Source: a virus
Lineage: Duplodnaviria > Caudoviricetes
Strand: one strand, 5' to 3'
DNA: 31,000 bases
Virus record (IMG/VR): IMGVR_UViG_3300044477_000109
Coordinates: 1-31,000 of that record
Shown here piece after piece: positions 1 through 7,257 of the stretch. Below the pieces are notes generated by a model. That model had not been told where the DNA came from, did not search any database, and was given only the letters and a program-made list of their open reading frames with translations. The position numbers were made by a program, and so were the translations under genes. The stretch's first letter is position 1. Every line of letters begins with the position of its first letter.

Positions 1-121
1 GTAGATCCTCGCCCCTAGCCGCATGGAGCCCACGCGAAGGAAAACCGTATAGGGTGTCAGCCTGTCGCCCCGGCGTAGCATCTCTAGGATGCGGGCCTCT
101 TGCGTTGCGGTTGTCATGGTT
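1..121. repeat. Terminal direct repeat (assembly overlap), left copy
   Basis: Bases 1-121 are identical to 30880-31000, and the ORF interrupted at position 1 is complete at 30772-30996. Confidence 0.97.
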
Positions 122-377
122 GCCTAGCCGCGCCGAGCATTTCGGTCACATGCCGGTATCCAAGTAGCGAATAGGCCCGCTTCGGCTTAGGCTCATCCGG
201 CTTCTTTTCGATCTTCTCGCCTGGCACTAGATAGCGGACGCGGTGCCCAAAGTACAGCGGGTGCCCATTTTGGAGCGTCCAACGTAGCTCTTCCTTTGTG
301 CCGCCGTATCGCTTGACTACAGCCGGAGCCGTCTTGAAAATCTGATCATCGACTACGATAGGGCGGACTCTAGGCAT
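114..377 (-). CDS. Hypothetical basic protein, possibly DNA-binding
   Basis: 87 aa ORF with AAGGGG RBS; its stop overlaps (ATGA) the start of the HTH gene that wraps around the circle. Confidence 0.7.
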   Translation of the reverse strand: MPRVRPIVVDDQIFKTAPAVVKRYGGTKEELRWTLQNGHPLYFGHRVRYLVPGEKIEKKPDEPKPKRAYSLLGYRHVTEMLGAARQP

Positions 378-522
378 GTTCTTCCCCTTTCTGTTTCTCG
401 CGGATACTCCGCATCAGCCAGTACATTGCAGGGCTGGAGTTGGCTAGCTCCCGCTCGATCTTGCGGAAGGCTTCTAGGCGCTCCGCTAGGCGTTGCTCAT
501 CGATGGGCTGGAAGTCGCTCAT
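370..522 (-). CDS. Small hypothetical protein (50 aa, MSDFQPIDEQRLAERLEAF...)
   Basis: Translated by hand; GGAGG RBS; ATGA overlap with the upstream gene; fills the gap in the operon. Confidence 0.7.
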   Translation of the reverse strand: MSDFQPIDEQRLAERLEAFRKIERELANSSPAMYWLMRSIREKQKGEEHA

Positions 523-551
523 GCCTTCCCTCCCGTCGCTTCATGGGCGAG
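517..551. repeat. 35-bp perfect repeat, inverted copy at 9168-9202
   Basis: CTCGCCCATGAAGCGACGGGAGGGAAGGCATGAGC on the minus strand; encodes LAHEATGGKA* plus the RBS and start of the next gene. Confidence 0.95.
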
Positions 552-767
552 GTATTCTGCGACCGCGTGATGGGCCTTTATGATGTTATTATGCTCGATC
601 GCATCAGGGTGCTTGCACTCGATGAGTGTTTCGTATTGCCTGTCGATCCATTGCGATAGATGTTCACAAACCTTGCATTCGGAACTTCCAATTTTGCGCC
701 CCTCGACGTGGGGACATCGCACGGTCGGCTTGTCGTATTCGTTCCACTGCGGCTTATAGATTTTCAC
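519..767 (-). CDS. Cys/His-rich hypothetical protein
   Basis: 82 aa; CPH..C..C.H..C.H pattern; GGAG RBS; ends LAHEATGGKA. Confidence 0.7.
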   Translation of the reverse strand: MKIYKPQWNEYDKPTVRCPHVEGRKIGSSECKVCEHLSQWIDRQYETLIECKHPDAIEHNNIIKAHHAVAEYLAHEATGGKA

Positions 768-1434
768 CGCACTCCCCCTCCCGTGTCGTCCCCTCGGCGG
801 GAGTGGAGAGGGCTTCCTCGAGGCTGGGTATAATCGACTGCACTAGCTCTTTATCGCCCGAGCAAATACCAACATACGCCTTGAGCTTGCGGAGCGCCTT
901 CGTAGCCGCCGCCCTCATCTCCTCGCCCTGCTTGGCTTTTGCTTCCAGGCTTGCCCATGTTTCCTTGAGGCCGTGATTACAATGCGGGCAGGTCGCCGCG
1001 TTGTGATGATTGTCCCAGCCCTTGAGCATCCATTCGCGCTCGATCTCATCCTTGATAGATTCCTCCCCCTGGGCGCGGGCCGAGGCGAGACGGGCCTGGA
1101 CGTAGCGCTCGATCATTTCAGCGCGATTCCTTAGCTTTGTGTTATGGAAAGCCTGCGTCATTTCCGCGCTGATCTCGGGCCGGTCCTTGTAGAATTCGCG
1201 GATGAGCTGGTCCTCGTCTTCGGCCATGTGCTGACAAAGCTCCCGCGCGTCCTTCGCTTCGGGCTTGGGGCGGGGGGCGAATAATCGGCGCAGACTTTGG
1301 TATCCATCGTCTCGCATGGCGTCGTTTAGGATCGCGTGGCCGATATCGTCGTCTGTCGGCATCTCCCCCTGTTCAGCCGGGGCGGGCGTGTCGATTCCGG
1401 GCAGGCCGTCGTCCTTGTGTCTTTCGTCCATCAT
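754..1434 (-). CDS. Mosaic accessory (early) protein
   Basis: 226 aa; GGAGG RBS; shares peptide and DNA segments with 8201-8503 and 8508-9200. Confidence 0.8.
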   Translation of the reverse strand: MMDERHKDDGLPGIDTPAPAEQGEMPTDDDIGHAILNDAMRDDGYQSLRRLFAPRPKPEAKDARELCQHMAEDEDQLIREFYKDRPEISAEMTQAFHNTKLRNRAEMIERYVQARLASARAQGEESIKDEIEREWMLKGWDNHHNAATCPHCNHGLKETWASLEAKAKQGEEMRAAATKALRKLKAYVGICSGDKELVQSIIPSLEEALSTPAEGTTREGECGENL

Positions 1435-1748
1435 TCACCTCCAAATAGTTCCGCGCCGTCAATCTTCGCCCTGATCGAGCGGGCGAGCCTTTCGCGTTCG
1501 ACAGGCTTATTCGTAATCTGGGCAAGGTCATTGCATGCGCCTGGATGCGTGGTGGCCTTGTTGTCCTTATGCTCGATCACGTCAGCGCCGTAGAGCTTGA
1601 TTGCCCACTTAACGCGAGCGATTAGGTGCGCAACCTGAAAGCTATTGATATCGACAGGCTTGCCGCAATATCGGCATATACCACGATCCCGCTCGTATAT
1701 CGCTAGCCGTTGCTCATGCGTCTCTAAGCGCTCGCGTTCATAGCTCAT
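1431..1748 (-). CDS. HNH endonuclease family protein
   Basis: IYERDRGICRYCGK...VAHLIAR...DN...H..CN pattern. Confidence 0.8.
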   Translation of the reverse strand: MSYERERLETHEQRLAIYERDRGICRYCGKPVDINSFQVAHLIARVKWAIKLYGADVIEHKDNKATTHPGACNDLAQITNKPVERERLARSIRAKIDGAELFGGE

Positions 1749-1749
1749 G

Positions 1750-1929
1750 CTATCCCCATATTGCCACTAGTCCCCCGCCTATAACCCCCGCAATAGCAAG
1801 GATAGTAAGCAGGGTTACAGGGACAAAAAACAAAGGCTTATCTTCTATGGCCCTGCCTTTTGTCATAGTAACAAGGATGGCAAGGCAGAAATATACAATC
1901 ATCGATGTTAACAGTATTTTAATTCCCAT
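1750..1929 (-). CDS. Small two-TM membrane protein (59 aa)
   Basis: Hand translation MGIKILLTSMIVYFCLAILVTM...FFVPVTLLTILAIAGVIGGGLVAIWG; AGGGG RBS; fills the operon gap. Confidence 0.65.
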   Translation of the reverse strand: MGIKILLTSMIVYFCLAILVTMTKGRAIEDKPLFFVPVTLLTILAIAGVIGGGLVAIWG

Positions 1930-2582
1930 ATGACCCCCTTGTATGCCCTTACTCTCGCCTCAAGCTCGTCTAGCTCGGCGAGAAACTTGATAACTTCGGC
2001 CCGCATGTCGCAAAGAAGCGACGGCCACGGTAAGTATCTTTCTTGAAAATACCCCGCGTTTGACGGCAGCCTGGCATCATATGAAACGAAGTCAACCCAA
2101 TAACCTTCGGGCAAGCATTCGTATTCCCACGCCATTTGATAGAGATAATCCTCGTCGTAGGTGCCTTCAAGGATAGTATCAAGATGCGTGTTGGTCGTCG
2201 GGTCTTTGATCTCAAGTATTCCGTGAGCGCCGATAAGCCTATCAGGTGAAGCCCCAGACATAGGTATAAAAGGATGATCAAAAAAACCGCACGTTTCGAC
2301 GATCACTCCATTCTTGGCTTCATATGCTGCCGCCGCCATTTCTTCCATTTCGGCGCCATACTCCATTGCGGCGCTGACAAAGTGCGCTTGGTCTACGCCG
2401 GTTAATCGCTCGACAAGAAGCTCTCGCATGTATTTTTTACGCCGAGCACTATAGCCGTTCGGGTTATCCTTCGATGGCTTTACGCGGGCCATAATATCGC
2501 CCATTCGAGAGGCAGTAGCCTTGCCAAGCCTGCAAGCATGCCAAGCGGCCGAACCTTGCTCGACTTCGCTAGGATCAAGCAT
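1908..2582 (-). CDS. YqaJ-like / lambda-type exonuclease
   Basis: EQGSAAWHACRLGKATAS, GASPD, LEIKDP and YLYQM motifs; adjacent to the ERF gene; start reassigned to MLDPSEV. Confidence 0.92.
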   Translation of the reverse strand: MLDPSEVEQGSAAWHACRLGKATASRMGDIMARVKPSKDNPNGYSARRKKYMRELLVERLTGVDQAHFVSAAMEYGAEMEEMAAAAYEAKNGVIVETCGFFDHPFIPMSGASPDRLIGAHGILEIKDPTTNTHLDTILEGTYDEDYLYQMAWEYECLPEGYWVDFVSYDARLPSNAGYFQERYLPWPSLLCDMRAEVIKFLAELDELEARVRAYKGVIWELKYC

Positions 2583-3348
2583 TGTTCGGCCTCCGCGCGA
2601 TAGCCTGCTTAGCAAGGTTGTACTCGCCGACTATTAACCTAAGCTGATTCGCGTTTGCCTCATATCGTTTGTAGGCTATTTGGTATATGTCCATGAGCTT
2701 TTGCAGATCAGGGGCCTTCTCGATCTTGTCGAGCGTAGAGACAAGCTCTGGGTCAAGCTCGATTGTCGCGCCGTCCGTATCCTCGCCCTTTAGCACGATT
2801 CCGAAAGCCGCCTTGTAGGTATATCGCTGGCCGTAGGTGCTTTGTATCCCTGCCCCCTGCAATGGGTTTATCGCCCGGTTGCCGTCGAAGTGTGGGGCCT
2901 CCCAACGGAAAGACCGCGTATGCCCATAGCCGAAGACGTACATAATAATGCATTTCCGGCCCTCGGCGAGCGCTTCCTCGTCCCAGGAATAGGAAAAACC
3001 ATGTTCGAAGATGATCGGATCGCACGGGCCTTGAAGATCTTCCAGCGCGGCAAACTTTGAACTGGTGCCGGTATTCACTCGCGTCTTGACAACCGGGCCT
3101 AACGCCTTCCGAAGCTCCGCGAAGTGCGTATCAAAGTTCTCCTTGCAAACCCGTTCGCGCTCCGCATTCTGCATAGCGATCAGCTCGCGCAAAAGCTGAA
3201 CCTTTTCCGCGCTGTCGGGTTGAGAGAGTACCGTAGCGATGAAGTCGCCCGAGGTCATAGGGATACTTTCAGGCCGCGCCGCTACTTGCGTCCCCGGATC
3301 GCCTGCGCCCTCTACGGATGCGAATAGCCCTTTATTTTTGTCTTCCAT
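2575..3348 (-). CDS. ERF-family single-strand annealing recombinase
   Basis: KFAALED and QGAGIQSTYGQRYTYKAAFGI...EDTDG ERF signature. Confidence 0.9.
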   Translation of the reverse strand: MEDKNKGLFASVEGAGDPGTQVAARPESIPMTSGDFIATVLSQPDSAEKVQLLRELIAMQNAERERVCKENFDTHFAELRKALGPVVKTRVNTGTSSKFAALEDLQGPCDPIIFEHGFSYSWDEEALAEGRKCIIMYVFGYGHTRSFRWEAPHFDGNRAINPLQGAGIQSTYGQRYTYKAAFGIVLKGEDTDGATIELDPELVSTLDKIEKAPDLQKLMDIYQIAYKRYEANANQLRLIVGEYNLAKQAIARRPNNA

Positions 3349-3366
3349 TCATTCCCCCTTGCTAAG

Positions 3367-3395
3367 ATTATAATACAATGCGCCAAGGATTGCAA
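3367..3395 (-). promoter_or_regulatory. Sigma70-type promoter for the recombination operon
   Basis: TTGCAA-17-TATAAT; both boxes overlap ATTRYAATAC motifs. Confidence 0.75.
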
Positions 3396-3397
3396 TA

Positions 3398-3610
3398 CTA
3401 ATACTCTCCCCTCGCATGCTTTTTATCCGTGAGCGGCTGGCTAGTAAGGTGCCAGAGCTTGCAGAGCGCGCAGTAGTATTTTCGCTTTGGTATGTGCTTC
3501 ATATGGTTGAAGTGGTTGCGGGCCTTCGCGTCCGCTATGGCCTGGTTAGCCTCGCGCTCGCTTAGGCTCCGCTTTCCGCATGCGCAGAGGGCGTATTCTT
3601 GCTCACTCAT
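3398..3610 (-). CDS. Small Zn-binding phage protein
   Basis: C.CGK...RKYYCALCKLWHLTS motif; ATGA-coupled start at 3610. Confidence 0.75.
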   Translation of the reverse strand: MSEQEYALCACGKRSLSEREANQAIADAKARNHFNHMKHIPKRKYYCALCKLWHLTSQPLTDKKHARGEY

Positions 3611-4197
3611 TTTACGCGCTTGAACTCGACCACCCATACCCAGGGGTTGGCGTCCCATCCGTAGCCGAGCTTGGCGTTGATCGAGTCCCAGAGGTCCTCG
3701 AAGAAGGACCGCGCGGGAATGTCGAAATAGCCATCTGTCAAATCGTCGTTGGACGCTATACAGCCCTCGGCGATAGCGTCCGCCTCGCTTATATCCTGCA
3801 CGCGCTCGACGCGGACGGAGGTTATTTCAAGCGTGATGCGTGAGAGGGCGCGAGGCATAAAAATAGAAGGGCGCCACTTATGCGAAAGGTCATATTTATC
3901 GCCGTCGACTAGTGCGGTTATTTTTTTCCCATCGGCCCGATAGTAGGTCGCATCTTTGGCGGCGAAGTCTTCAAGCGTCTGGAACGTCTCCCGCACCCAT
4001 AGCCGGTCGCCGGGCTGGCCGTAGGGGCAGGCAACTAGTCGGCCCCGCTCATCTATGGGCCAGCCGCAGTCATGACCGCCAGCACGCCCGTTAAATAATG
4101 TCGGATGAGGTTTTATCACCCGCCGCGTCATCGTCTTGCGCCCCTCGAGGATCGCGCGCACCATCGGCGCAGAAAATAGAATCGGCCTTTCTTTCAT
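3607..4197 (-). CDS. ASCH/PUA-like phage protein
   Basis: KERPILFSAPMVRAILEGRKTMTRR, CPYGQPGDRLWVRET, WRPSIFMPR and NPWVWVVEF match a widespread phage family. Confidence 0.85.
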   Translation of the reverse strand: MKERPILFSAPMVRAILEGRKTMTRRVIKPHPTLFNGRAGGHDCGWPIDERGRLVACPYGQPGDRLWVRETFQTLEDFAAKDATYYRADGKKITALVDGDKYDLSHKWRPSIFMPRALSRITLEITSVRVERVQDISEADAIAEGCIASNDDLTDGYFDIPARSFFEDLWDSINAKLGYGWDANPWVWVVEFKRVK

Positions 4198-4610
4198 CTT
4201 CCCCATCCTTTCACTTTCGCAAGATATTCGCGGTCAACGCCGTTGCGCCTAGTCCAACCTGCCCCGCGCTTGTGGGCGGTTACAGCCTTGTTGACGCTTC
4301 CGAGTGCCGCGAAGTTTTTGGAAAATAGCTTAACCGCGTGGCGCGTGGCCTCAACCGGATCGAATGGATTGACTAGCCCGCGCTCGGCGTCGTATAGGTC
4401 GCGGAACTGCCATAGCCCCCGATCGTGCCCATCGGGACTAACCGCGTCCGCCTGGAAGCTTGACTCGGCCCCCGCGATGCCCCAAAAGTAAGCCAGTGGA
4501 AGCGATGCGTTTGAATGCCCTAGCGCTACCGGATGGCTAGGCCGGTAGAGTCTCGCCCCCGATGTCAGAGCGACAAAGAGGGCAAGCGCTAGGAGCATCC
4601 CGCGCTTCAT
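4194..4610 (-). CDS. Secreted SLT-type lytic transglycosylase
   Basis: N-terminal signal or anchor; AESSFQADAVS (catalytic Glu), GLWQF, NPFDP; AHKRG in place of AYNAG. Confidence 0.82.
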   Translation of the reverse strand: MKRGMLLALALFVALTSGARLYRPSHPVALGHSNASLPLAYFWGIAGAESSFQADAVSPDGHDRGLWQFRDLYDAERGLVNPFDPVEATRHAVKLFSKNFAALGSVNKAVTAHKRGAGWTRRNGVDREYLAKVKGWGR

Positions 4611-4687
4611 CGCAATATCCACGCCCCGAGAAGGAATAGCGCCGCAATGAATAGGAGCACTAGGCCGAGAAGCGTTGACGGGTTCAT
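4607..4687 (-). CDS. 26-aa single-TM peptide
   Basis: MNPSTLLGLVLLFIAALFLLGAWILR; ATGA overlaps at both ends. Confidence 0.65.
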   Translation of the reverse strand: MNPSTLLGLVLLFIAALFLLGAWILR

Positions 4688-4797
4688 GTGCGAGCCTTAT
4701 CCCGAATAGCCAGCCCCAGGCGGATAATCGCCGCGCATCCGAGGCTTTCCCCGCGATCCTTGAGCCAGACGCCTAGCCGGTAGATAGTGCCGCTCAT
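4684..4797 (-). CDS. 37-aa microprotein
   Basis: MSGTIYRLGVWLKDRGESLG...; GAGG RBS; ATGA overlaps at both ends. Confidence 0.65.
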   Translation of the reverse strand: MSGTIYRLGVWLKDRGESLGCAAIIRLGLAIRDKART

Positions 4798-4892
4798 TTC
4801 GCATACCTCGCTTCCGAACGCGAGTCAATGCCGTAGAGCGTCCAGTAGACCGCCTTCGCAAACTCGACGATAGCTTCCGCGATTCGCTTCAT
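4794..4892 (-). CDS. 32-aa microprotein
   Basis: MKRIAEAIVEFAKAVYWTLYG...; GAGGGGG RBS downstream of a promoter. Confidence 0.65.
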   Translation of the reverse strand: MKRIAEAIVEFAKAVYWTLYGIDSRSEARYAK

Positions 4893-4922
4893 TTCTGCCC
4901 CCTCAACAATTAATCTATGGCA

Positions 4923-4951
4923 ATACTACTATTGCATTATAATACTGTCAA
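4923..4951 (-). promoter_or_regulatory. Sigma70-type promoter
   Basis: TTGACA-17-TAGTAT; spacer holds CATTATAATAC; inverted repeat GCAATA-N4-TATTGC at 4920-4935. Confidence 0.7.
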
Positions 4952-5340
4952 GCGATAATCGCCCAGCCTTTTACGATTTCTTGCGCTTCCTCGAATGAGC
5001 GGGCAATAGCATATTCCGCCCCTACATAGAAGCAATCTGCTTGAAAAGCCGACTGCCTATCGGATTGTACGCCGTCCGGGGTTTTTAGCTCTAGGAAGTA
5101 TACACGGCCCTTGCGGATGATGACTATATCCGCCACGCCGGGACGCAAGCCCATGCGCTTAAGCTTGGCCATGCGCCCAAGCCCTGCGCCGGTCTTCGCC
5201 TCGCCCATGGCTTCCCCTGGAACGCTGAAAAAAATGAAATCGCGGGCCGACTCGTAAAGCCTGAGCCAGTCCGCGAGTTGTATCTGTATGTCGGATTCTT
5301 TAAGGACCGGGAAGAGGCTCGATTTTCTTTGCGAGGGCAT
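4948..5340 (-). CDS. VRR-NUC domain nuclease (possible junction resolvase)
   Basis: ESDIQ...GLRPGVADI...FLELKTPDG..SDRQ..F, a PD-(D/E)xK pattern. Confidence 0.88.
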   Translation of the reverse strand: MPSQRKSSLFPVLKESDIQIQLADWLRLYESARDFIFFSVPGEAMGEAKTGAGLGRMAKLKRMGLRPGVADIVIIRKGRVYFLELKTPDGVQSDRQSAFQADCFYVGAEYAIARSFEEAQEIVKGWAIIA

Positions 5341-5485
5341 GGACAGCCTTCTCTATCGCTAGATTTTGGGCAATAGCTATTTCATATTCGGCAATCAAGA
5401 CAGCGACCGCTTTAGGAAGATTGTCGCCAAAGACCGGGCGCAACTCTTCCCGTGCGCTTTCAATGACTGCCGCGCTCCGGGTCAC
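5300..5485 (-). CDS. Hypothetical protein (61 aa)
   Basis: GTGA overlap with the upstream gene supports a GTG start at 5485. Confidence 0.6.
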   Translation of the reverse strand: MTRSAAVIESAREELRPVFGDNLPKAVAVLIAEYEIAIAQNLAIEKAVHALAKKIEPLPGP

Positions 5486-5646
5486 TTCGCTTTGCTCGCC
5501 TCGTAGAGCGCGACCTCGGCGTTGAAAATCTCTCGGGCATGCTCGCTCGGTATTACCCCGATAGCCTCGCAGTAGTCGAACCATGCCTGTCGCTCCTCGC
5601 TCGACCAGAGAAAGCGGAAAGAATTATCCTTGCGTATCTTTGCCAT
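5482..5646 (-). CDS. Putative ribbon-helix-helix DNA-binding protein (54 aa)
   Basis: AAGGAGG RBS; MAKIRKDNSFRFLWSSEERQAWFDYCEAIGVIPSEHAREIF fits an Arc/CopG-like strand-helix-G-helix pattern; absent from the ORF track. Confidence 0.65.
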   Translation of the reverse strand: MAKIRKDNSFRFLWSSEERQAWFDYCEAIGVIPSEHAREIFNAEVALYEASKAK

Positions 5647-5667
5647 GCAGTAGCCTCCTTGAAAAAT

Positions 5668-5809
5668 TGGAAGCGGCGGGATTTGAACCCGTATGTCGTA
5701 CGGTCCCCCGGCATCCTGTCCTATCCGTACCGTCTAGACAGGTAGCCGCGATATCGTGCGCACTCCTCCGCTATTTGGGGCGAGGGGCACCATTCCCTCG
5801 TACGCTTCC
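5668..5809 (-). ncRNA. tRNA-like structured RNA with a large pseudoknotted insert
   Basis: 7-bp acceptor GGAAGCG/CGCTTCC+A; D-like arm CGAGGG-AATGGTGC-CCCTCG; T arm CGGG-TTCAAAT-CCCG; no canonical anticodon arm. Confidence 0.7.
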
Positions 5810-5815
5810 AATATT

Positions 5816-5844
5816 ATATTACAAGTTGTCATGCAAGCCGTCAA
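5816..5844 (-). promoter_or_regulatory. Promoter for the tRNA-like RNA and RHH operon
   Basis: TTGACG-17-TAATAT, followed 6 nt later by G1 of the acceptor stem. Confidence 0.65.
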
Positions 5845-5849
5845 GCCCA

Positions 5850-5878
5850 TTTACACGCGGGATATGTGGTATTAAAAT
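5850..5878 (+). promoter_or_regulatory. Lysis cassette promoter (probably leaderless transcript)
   Basis: TTTACA-17-TAAAAT, then 6 nt, then the ATG at 5885; no Shine-Dalgarno. Confidence 0.65.
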
Positions 5879-5884
5879 ACAAGC

Positions 5885-6397
5885 ATGAACGAAGCCTTTC
5901 TGCGCAAGTATGGCAACCCGGACGCGAACGGCGACGGCATTATCGATACGGCGTGGTTTAATGAGAATATCCGCGTGTTTGTTTTGCCATATCCTATGCC
6001 GATATCATGGGGAGATCACGCCGAGACAAAGCGCTTTCAAGCGCATAGGCTCGCGGGAGATCGGATTATCGCCGCCCTTGTGAAGATGCGGGAATTTGCG
6101 CAGATCGAAGCCAATGAGGAAAACGAGAAAAAAGATGCCCTCGTTTGGATGCGCGAGAATAAGTACGATGTTTGGGGCGGCTGCTTCGAGTGGCGGGCAA
6201 TGCGTAGCGGCGCCGCGCGCTCAACACACTCTTGGGGCACGTCGGTTGATATAAACCCGGATCGCGGCGGCATGAATAACACCGAGGATAAGAAATACTA
6301 TCCTGCGTGGATCGTGAGGGCCTTCGAGTCCCAGGGTTTTTATTGGGGCGGCAGATTCCCCGTAACCGATCCTATGCATATGGAATTGCAAGACTAA
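5885..6397 (+). CDS. Endolysin, M15-family Zn peptidase
   Basis: R...STHSWGTSVDINP and WGGRF...DPMHME motifs; followed by holin and spanin-like genes. Confidence 0.9.
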   Translation: MNEAFLRKYGNPDANGDGIIDTAWFNENIRVFVLPYPMPISWGDHAETKRFQAHRLAGDRIIAALVKMREFAQIEANEENEKKDALVWMRENKYDVWGGCFEWRAMRSGAARSTHSWGTSVDINPDRGGMNNTEDKKYYPAWIVRAFESQGFYWGGRFPVTDPMHMELQD

Positions 6398-6408
6398 GGA
6401 GGAAGGGT

Positions 6409-6588
6409 ATGAAGTTTATCAAGTCGCTTTTTACTGATGGCGAATGGGACGGCGATCTTGTGAAAGTAGCCGGATTCGCCTTGATTATTGTCGGAGTAGT
6501 CGGCTGGTTCCTGGGCCGCGATCCCGCCTTTATTGTCGGTTTCGGGGCCGCGCTTGCCGCGTCTGGTAAGTTCTCGAAACAGGGCTAG
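6409..6588 (+). CDS. Putative holin (59 aa, two hydrophobic segments)
   Basis: AAGGAGG RBS; MKFIKSLF...; lies between endolysin and spanins. Confidence 0.7.
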   Translation: MKFIKSLFTDGEWDGDLVKVAGFALIIVGVVGWFLGRDPAFIVGFGAALAASGKFSKQG

Positions 6589-6590
6589 GC

Positions 6591-7007
6591 ATGGATGCGC
6601 CGCGCCGCGTTTTGCTTATCGCTGCTTCTTATGTTCTCGCCATGGCTCTCGGAGCAGGCGGCGTCATCCTCATTGCCGGGCATGGAAGCGACGCTCTCAA
6701 GCTCCGAGCTGAACAGGCTGAAAGCGATCTTCGTACAGCTCGAAGAGATCTCAATAGCGCTCGACTCGAAGCTAGCGGACTCCGAGGCCAGCTTGGCGAC
6801 GCTGTCGGACGAGCTACAAGCGCTGAAAGCCGAGCTATCGACGCTGAGGTGCGAGCTGTCCGAGCTAAAGCAGAAGCTGACGCTATCCGAGGAGCAATCG
6901 GCGAAGCTAGAGGAAGCGCTCGCGAAGTCGGAAGCCTCGCTCGCGAAGGCGCAGGCATCCTCGAAAATCTACCAGGCGGAAGCGGAGATAAAAATAAAGG
7001 CCCTTGA
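6591..7007 (+). CDS. Putative i-spanin (Rz-like)
   Basis: N-terminal TM followed by an Ala/Arg-rich coiled coil; in the lysis cassette. Confidence 0.65.
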   Translation: MDAPRRVLLIAASYVLAMALGAGGVILIAGHGSDALKLRAEQAESDLRTARRDLNSARLEASGLRGQLGDAVGRATSAESRAIDAEVRAVRAKAEADAIRGAIGEARGSAREVGSLAREGAGILENLPGGSGDKNKGP

Positions 7008-7092
7008 ATTAAGGGCCTCGGGCTGGCAGATCGCGGGGATCGCTGGCCTAGCTCTTGGCGTCGCTGGCCTTGTCTACGGGCTGACTCGCTAG
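6595..7092 (+). CDS. Putative second spanin subunit in the +1 frame
   Basis: Signal-like N-terminus, long Leu heptad coiled coil, C-terminal TM (WQIAGIAGLALGVAGLVYGL). Confidence 0.7.
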   Translation: MRRAAFCLSLLLMFSPWLSEQAASSSLPGMEATLSSSELNRLKAIFVQLEEISIALDSKLADSEASLATLSDELQALKAELSTLRCELSELKQKLTLSEEQSAKLEEALAKSEASLAKAQASSKIYQAEAEIKIKALELRASGWQIAGIAGLALGVAGLVYGLTR

Positions 7093-7257
7093 CCTCTCCT
7101 CGATAAAGCAGAAAATCTTCATAGTCCCGCCGTCGGCAAGCGTGATTAGCACGTCCCGCGACGACTTGACGTCCTGGCCCGCTTGATAGGGCGTATCCTC
7201 TATGCGCACGTCTTTTACGCCATGCAGCATGGTTGTGCTGTCGAAGCTCATCTGCAT
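7048..7257 (-). CDS. Hypothetical protein
   Basis: 69 aa; GGAGG RBS; convergent overlap with the spanin gene. Confidence 0.6.
   Translation of the reverse strand: MQMSFDSTTMLHGVKDVRIEDTPYQAGQDVKSSRDVLITLADGGTMKIFCFIEERLASQPVDKASDAKS

Noticed and set aside
1-121. Biological terminal repeat of the virion DNA
   Set aside because: It falls mid-gene and its length is typical of an assembler k-mer overlap; it cannot be called a physical end without reads
5668-5700. tRNA 3'-end fragment as an attP site
   Set aside because: No integrase is recognised, and the segment pairs with a cognate 5' acceptor strand 140 nt away, so it is better explained as part of a whole RNA
5668-5809. Canonical tRNA, tRNA-Sec or tmRNA
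   Set aside because: No 7-nt anticodon loop with U33, no UCA anticodon, no G3:U70 pair, and too short for a tag-encoding tmRNA
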